A stretch of 56,970 nucleotides of DNA from a virus (taxonomy: Duplodnaviria; Caudoviricetes). The stretch lies in the IMG/VR virus record IMGVR_UViG_3300049436_000157, positions 1-56,970 of that record; one strand, written 5' to 3'. Every line of letters begins with the position of its first letter. Position 1 is the first letter of the stretch. Positions 52,301-56,970 of the stretch are shown one piece after another. The notes beneath the pieces are model-generated. The model ran no database searches. It saw only the letters and a list, made by a program, of their open reading frames with translations, and was not told the DNA's origin. A program made the position numbers and the translations under genes.

Positions 52301-55300
52301 GATGGGCCAACGGGCGCTATCTGGGGCAGATGCTCGCCGAGGTCAATGACTTTGGTGAAATATCCGCCATCCATGACATGGTGGTTGAACCTCAGTTCCG
52401 TGGGCGCTATATTGGACAGGAGGTCGTCGCAACGATCGCTGCAAACGCGCCAGATGGCGTCAGGATCGTCGAAGCCCTCGATCAAGCGAAGGGATTTTGG
52501 AATAGCCTCGGGGCAAGAGATGACTACGACACCTACCAAGACGGACGAATTACCTGGAATGACACGGTCCGGTCCGTTCTCGGACTCCAGGGAAGAGATG
52601 CGCGCCAGGGTGAAGAAGCTGGCGCTCGAGTACAACCAGACGCATCCCGTTCCGTTCGGCCCGGAGCAGCAAGGTTCCTCGGAAAATTCAGATCAGGGCA
52701 AGCTGGACTAGGCAATTCCGAAGACCTCGGAAGCAACAGTCTTTCCCGCCTGAACCAGTCACGTCCCGATACCGGACGCCGCATCCATCTAGAAGACCTG
52801 ACGGCCGTTGCCCAGGCATTCCGGTCCGCCTTCCCTGGCCTACCGGTGCATGCGTTGGAGACCGAGCGCCAGGCGCCAAAGGAATTGCTCCAGTGGATCG
52901 GCAGCCAGAATGCCCGCGGAGATTGGAGCGCGGCCGTTCACAAGGGCGAGGTCTACCTGCTGCGCTCCGGACTCATGGACGCAGAGCACGCCATGGAGAT
53001 CGCTATCCACGAGGCAGAGCATGCCGGTCTGGAGCGTATGTTCGGCCAGCAGATCGACGGCGTGATGCTGGACATCTATCGCAGCAACCCATCGGTGAAG
53101 GCCCAGGCAGACGCCATCATGGCGAAATACCGCTACTCGGCGGTTCGCGCGGCCAACGAGGTGCTGGCCGACATGGGACCGACGGCACGGAATCTGAGCG
53201 GGTGGCGGAAACTCTTGGCGAAGGTGCGCGACATCCTGCGCAGCATCCGCATCGCCGGAAAGCCGCTGGTCATGAAGTGGAGCGACAGCGATGTGGAGGC
53301 ATTGGTGCTGCGCGCGCTCGCCGCAGCGAAGCGCCAAGCTGGGAAGCATGTGTCGACGGGGACGTGGACGGCGCTGGCGCGCCAAGGAGCGCATGACTTT
53401 GCGGCCGCGGTGCGGCAGGTGGTTGCCGACAGCGTCGCTGGACGAAATTTGCAGGCATATCCAGTTCATGTCATGGACAGCACCCCGGCGACGCTGCGCG
53501 CTTTCGGGTGGGACGATCTTCCGGTGTCGATGAACCCAAAGGAAATCGACAAGGTGCATTTCGACCACGGGATGACTGCTGACCGTATCGCACAGTTGGT
53601 GCCGGAAACTCTGGAGCGGCCATCGCTCATGCTGCGTTCTACTACTAGGGAAGGTCGCATGGTGATGGTCGCCAACGAGTACAGCGGAAAGCCGGTGCTG
53701 CTCGTCGTTTCGCCGGGGGCCGACACACCGGCTGGAAAGCGGCAGCTCGTGGTGTCGATGTACCCGAAAGGCGAGGGGTGGGATTGGGTCGCGCGCCAGA
53801 TTCGTTCCGGGAATCTGCTCTACAGAGATCCGCAGTCTCCGGTGGCGCCAAAGGTCGCCGGTGCTGTGGCGGACGCGCAAAAGAAATTCGCCCAGATCGG
53901 ACGCCTCCTGACAGGTCCAATTCCTGAAAGTAGCGCCGTCCGGGACAAACTGAAGGGTCAAATCCCCAAGAGTGGCCCCGGCAACCTGAGCGAGGCCTAC
54001 AAGGTACTCCTTCCGTCCGACTTGCGCAAGGTTGAGGAAGATGCAAGACTCGTCGCCATCAAGGAATTGGAGTCACGCCATGGGGCAGAACTACGGGAAA
54101 TCATCGGCATCGAGCCCGGCGCCCTCACGTCCAGCGAAGCCCAATACCTCCTCGGTTTCCGAACGACTGACGAACTCCGAAATCGAGTCGCTAAGGCAGG
54201 ACAAGAAAGACTCGCTCGCCTCCGCTCAAAAGGCCTTCTTCCCGAAGGCCAGGATCCGCAAGGCGGCGTAACCCGCCTTTCCCGCGTCGGCCAGGCCGGC
54301 GTGGCTCCGACTGTTGAACAGCGGGCCGAGGCCATCATCCAGCAGAAGGCGGCTACCCCAAGGCCCGTCGACGATCTTCTTCGCAAAGCGACCGAGATCA
54401 GCCGCGCCGACATCGGCATCCGCAAGGCCTTCGATGTGGCAGCCAGCGTCATCGACCGATTCACCCCGGAGACAGTCAAGGCCGGCGTGATCTCCGACTA
54501 CGGAGTTCCCGAGGCGGTGATCGACCAGCGTTCCATGATGGTGGGCCGACAGAAGCGCGAGCTGCGCGCCGCCGGCGCCCTGATTGAGAAGCTGGCCACC
54601 CTGACCCGGGCCGAAAGCCGGGTTGCCTACGAGTGGATGAATTCGGACAACCCGCAGGCGGCCGACTACTTCCGCGATCAGCTACCGCCGGAGTCCATCA
54701 AGACCCTGGCCGAGGTGGAGAAGATGATCGATCAGCTGTCCGCCGAGGCGGTGCGCCTGGGGCAGCTGACGCCGGAAGCCCGGGATCGCAACCGCTTCGC
54801 CTACCTGCACCGGTCCTATGTGAAGCACACCGCTGAACTGACCGCCGGGGAGGCGCAGAGCCGGGCCAGGGCGATTGCCGTGCTGGGCGACCAGTACAAG
54901 GGTCGCGGCATGACCGATGGCGCTGATATGGCGAAGATCAAGAACACGGCCCCCGAGTGGTGGAACCGGAAGCTCAAGGCGGGCCAGGCCGACAAGCAAC
55001 TGGTGGGCGAGCGGTTCATCCGCCTGGAGCGCCGGGCCGCCACCGGCGAGGGCACCACGGCACTGCCCGGCATGGGCGAGAAGGGCCGCGGCCGGCTGCT
55101 GGAGGTGGCCTATTGGCCGGCGGCCGAGCCGATGCCGGCCAGGTATGGTGCCTGGGATCAGGCCGGAACCTGGGAGGCCAGGGACACCAAGGGCGGCAAA
55201 CTGATCCTCTGGCGCGACTTCACCAAGCAGGAGCGGGAGGCCTTGGGCGAGATCGACGAGGTGCGCTACGCCATCGCCAAGACCCTGCACGGCATGATCC

Positions 55301-56970
55301 ACGACGTGGAGGTGGGGCACTATCTGGAGTGGCTGGCCCAGCGCTACGCCAAGAAGGAGGGCGAGATGATCGACGGCCAGGTGGTCGAGGCCTCCGAGCG
55401 CATGCGCGATACCTTCAAGCCTGGCGAGTGGGTGAAGGTGCCTGACACGACAATCCCCGGGACCAAGGCCAAGCGCTACGGTGTGCTGTCTGGCCGGTAC
55501 CTGCCGGGCCCCATCTGGAACGACGTGCGCCAGGTGGCCGGAGGCGCCTACCGGCCGCTGGGCGAAGTGGGGGCACAGATCCTGCGCGCTTGGAAGACTT
55601 CGAAGACCGCGCTGTCCCCGGCGGTGCACATGAACAACGTCATGTCGAACTTCGTGATGGCGGACTGGCACGATGTCTCGGCCGGACACATCCTGAAGGC
55701 ACTGCGCCTGATGACTTCGAAGGACGCGGCGGCCCAGGAGGTGATGAACCGCTACGAGGACTCCGGCGGTGGAATCGGCACCTGGGCAACGAAAGAGCTT
55801 AAGGATGAGCAGCTGCGGCCGCTGATCGAGTCGCTGGAGAAGGAACTGGGCGCGGCCGGGCAGACGCCGGGCGTCCAGGTGGGTGCCATGTCGGCGGTGA
55901 ATCTGCTGGTCCACGGAAAGTTCGGCGCGTCCTGGGACGCCATCAAGCCGACGACTGCCGGAAGATTCACCGGCAAAGCGGTGCAGAAGATGATCGACAT
56001 GTACCAGGCAGAGGACGACGTATTCCGTCTGGCCGCCTGGCTGAAGGCCAAGGAGAACGGTGCCTCCGATCAAGATGCAGGTAAGGTCGCGCGCAAGTCC
56101 TTCCTGGACTACAGCATCAACGCGCCATGGATTCAGGCCATGCGGAGCACGGCCTTCCCGTTCATCGCCTTCACCTACCGGGCGGTGCCGATGATGCTGT
56201 CCACCATGCGCGACAAGCCGTGGAAGCTGGCCAAGTTGGCCAGTTTCGTCGGCGTCCTGAATGCGCTGGGCTACCTGCTGTCTGGCGGGGGCGAGGACGA
56301 CGAGCGCAAACTGCTACCCGAGGAGAAGGCTGGGCGGGTCTGGGGTCTGGTCCCCAAGTTGGTGAGGATGCCGTGGAATGATGGTAACGGATCCCCGGTG
56401 TTCCTGGACATCCGTCGCTGGATCCCGGTGGGCGACGTGCTCGACGTCGGCCAGACCCACACGGCCATCCCGGTGCTGCCGGTGGCCGTGCCCGGCGGTC
56501 CGCTCGCCTTGCTCATGGAATTGGCCGCCAACAAGAGCCAGTTCACCGGGCGGGAGATCACCCTGGAGACGGACACACCTGCCGAGAAGGCCGGCAAGGT
56601 GATCGACCACCTATGGAAGGCCTTCGCGCCGAACCTGCCAGGACTTCCCGGCACCTACTCGACGACCGCTATCGTCAATTCCGGCAGCGGCAAGACGGAC
56701 GCCTTCGGCAGGGAGCAGAGCCTGACCCAGGCGGTGGTCTCGTCGATCGGAATCAAGGTGGGCAGCTACCCGACTGACGTGCTGCGTCAGAACGCCCAGC
56801 GGGCAGCCCAGGCTAAGATGATGGAGATCGACCGAAACATCACCAGGTTGAAGCGAGAGCGTCAGGCGAACGGAATCGACGCCGAGGACTTCCAGGATAG
56901 GGTGCGGGCCCAGCAGGAGAAGAAGCGGAAGATCCAGATGGACCTGGCAGCGAAGGTAGCCGGCGGGTGA
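46393..56970 (+). CDS. Giant polyvalent internal virion protein (3525 aa)
   Basis: ddrB-like ParB (ELQPRER..GAPIV..VESGNAR), second ParB-like (LKPTQ..ILDGHHQW), DUF3560-like, two zincin-like motifs (HELRGH, HEAEH), GNAT (V-x-PQFRGR-x-IG..GFW), PBECR-like region, helical C-terminus. Confidence 0.85.
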   Translation: MARYEITSPDGRRFEVTAPDDAGQDDVLAYAQSNFGSKDQDGGGRSVLDVVSAGIHGIVDDVRGGISRIDARRREESIARSNAANQEMLATSRASGTSAELERQALAKDAAARYQNDPVKRGIDFGRDLALSSAQGVVGLGEAAVGIGDLATGWTGYTPGQALKDTVGYDPERTKSSIIGDLKSDSGKARDAIYQGTKGFTETLLTLGADPAMLADKITESLAGTVGAGAIGGKVVQMALPRVTAAASAAGLSGAEAEAFIADRLAKIAIGASAGAEGAQQAGNLAETARQGGKSWRDYALPAIASGIGTGAIAAGSGALAKKIGIGDIESDIALRGQRPGLKTDHGFAVNRAAIEGIKEGSLEEMPQSVQESAWENVAMGRPWDEGLGKAAASGLATGAGMGGGHAAVSRPSESVPSEPLANTAGGGNAIHAGDVLGSPVVEASPGAGSAPAVAAVPTESDKALYTPKSLTALDRVQEIDMRLAAPDLAQGEAQSLSAERDGITASWPTATPGVPTSFSTETGARINGQYALMEAGDLTTSHDENLRPVGTYPVELQPRERERHASEMQVQQIVGKLDPARLGESADAATGAPIVGADGLVESGNARTIALKRVYQANGQKALDYRQFLKDNAGRFGITPESVDALQKPVLVRVRSTPVNRAEFARQANASTVARMSPSEQARSDAAAIDSLDDLNPDDAGDFTSGSSRPFIRRFLAKLPGTEQAGMIDAGGQLSQAGYARIRNAVLAKAYGDSPVLLRMVESLDNNLRNVTAGLMRVAPQVAKAREAIADGALFDADITQDLMAAVEELATLRDKGTSVADYLAQSSMFGDSLSPEGRELLMFLADNIRSPRRIAEFIQAYLEALTAAGNPAQGSVFGEQQAPAKADLMAAAARSQGDAKQPGSTDAGQVAGNQGAIGQGEGQPANQAGDPRGAQGDAGASEWVAFPPESGTLGIPRADMPQIKGEHRGALIQFLAGQGITHETVEMTADQLKPTQAEFSTKKAEGWKEVREGSDRSVLASSDGYILDGHHQWVAALAQGETEKVILFNAPIRELLAATYQFPSAKRSDGATVSELRSKSRQDFKDALADLAQIATRHTRAAMMPEDTPNLMPTLVRLFDAGIKEVGYGLQDLIAYVKKALRADEKLRTFWNKIDNATYRKAAKQAIDQESTQRVDDLFAAATSRKEDIGETGNEPKGDVSNSDQQAAETDGSEVYLSENLSQESRQGKETPGTLNSGDATESGTTTDAVAEANSPIEIIQRVAKSRPFDKFDEVRSSAFDQLREKTGKDAADHDELRGSMMRDPVAEAIHEGQFQGQVEYAKTLPVHISPTAISMHDAAAAFSGTSHSPEQRGAGVRRGLFQDLLSLWRMFEVKYQATDAQKQAEFAKAFDDVAARYTDLTRAYLASHGRVMSAMIVGPARFPVAANLKRSDAASRRAQDASDYLAKAPRMLERVLHGATDNSVSSQLAEARQKLAEREKLQETMKAANAAIRKGDDEALRGLGFDDDRIAQLKKPDFSGRRGFADYHLANNNAEIKRIRQRVEDLQARAAEADAETESGRQVAPGVRMVKNTQDNRLQLFFDGKPADDVRADLRANGFKWAPSVSAWQRQLTANAISSAERIVGKHFGTTDDAGADVAPVSFLARSGDDASGPALAIGRENAESVVNDVRTSFGPDARFQLHLVESFDALPADAQQDARDQGGNERNTKGLIHRDGSIWVIRTNHSTAADLEETVLHELRGHLGTRKLFGRSFVTQLNNLFDRLGGWGGLKTLARKYGEQDAIETYRKSLFIPGKAPDWDLEVKIAVLTDELMARIAQRRPSIATTMKEIIGGIRHALRKHGLAQLADYGDTDLAYLIKRGTEALRNPETPGGYTVLNRDTNPRRGPTGEDIEKIRSRFSWNATGKNETGPMFSGESFSLEPVTKVEFGSDVTDFPESGEWPLGHARAVENSDGVFWFEIRDRSDGWANGRYLGQMLAEVNDFGEISAIHDMVVEPQFRGRYIGQEVVATIAANAPDGVRIVEALDQAKGFWNSLGARDDYDTYQDGRITWNDTVRSVLGLQGRDARQGEEAGARVQPDASRSVRPGAARFLGKFRSGQAGLGNSEDLGSNSLSRLNQSRPDTGRRIHLEDLTAVAQAFRSAFPGLPVHALETERQAPKELLQWIGSQNARGDWSAAVHKGEVYLLRSGLMDAEHAMEIAIHEAEHAGLERMFGQQIDGVMLDIYRSNPSVKAQADAIMAKYRYSAVRAANEVLADMGPTARNLSGWRKLLAKVRDILRSIRIAGKPLVMKWSDSDVEALVLRALAAAKRQAGKHVSTGTWTALARQGAHDFAAAVRQVVADSVAGRNLQAYPVHVMDSTPATLRAFGWDDLPVSMNPKEIDKVHFDHGMTADRIAQLVPETLERPSLMLRSTTREGRMVMVANEYSGKPVLLVVSPGADTPAGKRQLVVSMYPKGEGWDWVARQIRSGNLLYRDPQSPVAPKVAGAVADAQKKFAQIGRLLTGPIPESSAVRDKLKGQIPKSGPGNLSEAYKVLLPSDLRKVEEDARLVAIKELESRHGAELREIIGIEPGALTSSEAQYLLGFRTTDELRNRVAKAGQERLARLRSKGLLPEGQDPQGGVTRLSRVGQAGVAPTVEQRAEAIIQQKAATPRPVDDLLRKATEISRADIGIRKAFDVAASVIDRFTPETVKAGVISDYGVPEAVIDQRSMMVGRQKRELRAAGALIEKLATLTRAESRVAYEWMNSDNPQAADYFRDQLPPESIKTLAEVEKMIDQLSAEAVRLGQLTPEARDRNRFAYLHRSYVKHTAELTAGEAQSRARAIAVLGDQYKGRGMTDGADMAKIKNTAPEWWNRKLKAGQADKQLVGERFIRLERRAATGEGTTALPGMGEKGRGRLLEVAYWPAAEPMPARYGAWDQAGTWEARDTKGGKLILWRDFTKQEREALGEIDEVRYAIAKTLHGMIHDVEVGHYLEWLAQRYAKKEGEMIDGQVVEASERMRDTFKPGEWVKVPDTTIPGTKAKRYGVLSGRYLPGPIWNDVRQVAGGAYRPLGEVGAQILRAWKTSKTALSPAVHMNNVMSNFVMADWHDVSAGHILKALRLMTSKDAAAQEVMNRYEDSGGGIGTWATKELKDEQLRPLIESLEKELGAAGQTPGVQVGAMSAVNLLVHGKFGASWDAIKPTTAGRFTGKAVQKMIDMYQAEDDVFRLAAWLKAKENGASDQDAGKVARKSFLDYSINAPWIQAMRSTAFPFIAFTYRAVPMMLSTMRDKPWKLAKLASFVGVLNALGYLLSGGGEDDERKLLPEEKAGRVWGLVPKLVRMPWNDGNGSPVFLDIRRWIPVGDVLDVGQTHTAIPVLPVAVPGGPLALLMELAANKSQFTGREITLETDTPAEKAGKVIDHLWKAFAPNLPGLPGTYSTTAIVNSGSGKTDAFGREQSLTQAVVSSIGIKVGSYPTDVLRQNAQRAAQAKMMEIDRNITRLKRERQANGIDAEDFQDRVRAQQEKKRKIQMDLAAKVAGG
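49091..49231 (+). CDS. Nested +1-frame ORF (46 aa) inside the giant gene
   Basis: AGGAG 8 nt before ATG; codons mostly G/C-ending in this frame; amphipathic helix KALLDKVKASPRIRQAIRAALKAM. Confidence 0.55.
   Translation: MPSNQDPLMPVKLPGTKALLDKVKASPRIRQAIRAALKAMRAPANG
52520..52711 (+). CDS. Nested +1-frame ORF (63 aa) inside the giant gene
   Basis: Follows the GNAT domain; SREEMRARVKKLALEYNQTHP helix; weak SD. Confidence 0.4.
   Translation: MTTTPTKTDELPGMTRSGPFSDSREEMRARVKKLALEYNQTHPVPFGPEQQGSSENSDQGKLD
54080..54271 (+). CDS. Nested +1-frame ORF (63 aa) inside the giant gene
   Basis: GGAG 7 nt before ATG; LTNSEIESLRQDKKDSLASAQKAF helix; follows the PBECR-like region. Confidence 0.45.
   Translation: MGQNYGKSSASSPAPSRPAKPNTSSVSERLTNSEIESLRQDKKDSLASAQKAFFPKARIRKAA

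Larger units (their letters stand above)
1..56970. mobile_element. Temperate podovirus-like phage/prophage (near-complete)
   Basis: cI/cro switch, RecT module, initiator, terminase, portal, scaffold, N4-gp56-type capsid, tail nozzle and ejection proteins. No tape measure or tail tube/sheath recognised. No host genes or integrase in the window. Confidence 0.95.

Noticed and set aside
1-56970. tRNA genes, integrase, attL/attR
   Set aside because: None recognised; the window begins and ends at stop codons, so the element's boundaries are not visible.

Overview
About 57 kb of a GC-rich temperate, podovirus-like phage or prophage, probably near-complete; the host is likely a proteobacterium (inferred, not shown). 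Layout: (1) a leftward early operon (1-11.4 kb) with RecT, a PD-(D/E)XK exonuclease, a Rad50/SbcC-like ATPase and many small genes; (2) a lambdoid cI/cro switch with recognisable operators and promoters (11.6-13.2 kb); (3) a YdaU-type replication initiator with internal iterons, plus RusA; (4) terminase, a long portal, a lysis cassette, scaffold and an N4-gp56-family capsid; (5) tail and ejection genes; (6) a 3525-aa polyvalent protein. No integrase, tRNA or CRISPR array was found. The main discovery is at 1-4025. Seven structurally canonical integron attC sites delimit six gene cassettes inside the phage early operon. In all six, the cassette's R'' box is the exact reverse complement of its own left R' box, which is the signature of cassettes integrated from circles. 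Every cassette gene runs antisense to the canonical integron orientation and lies downstream of the phage PL promoter. Three genes are translated straight through an attC. Four of the six cassettes encode DNA-modification-type enzymes, suggesting a shufflable anti-restriction library with no intI in the window. Other signals: an EcoHK31I-like nested second methyltransferase subunit, three small +1-frame ORFs nested in the giant gene, and a five-copy late-promoter-like motif. Family names come from motif recognition by eye, not from database searches.
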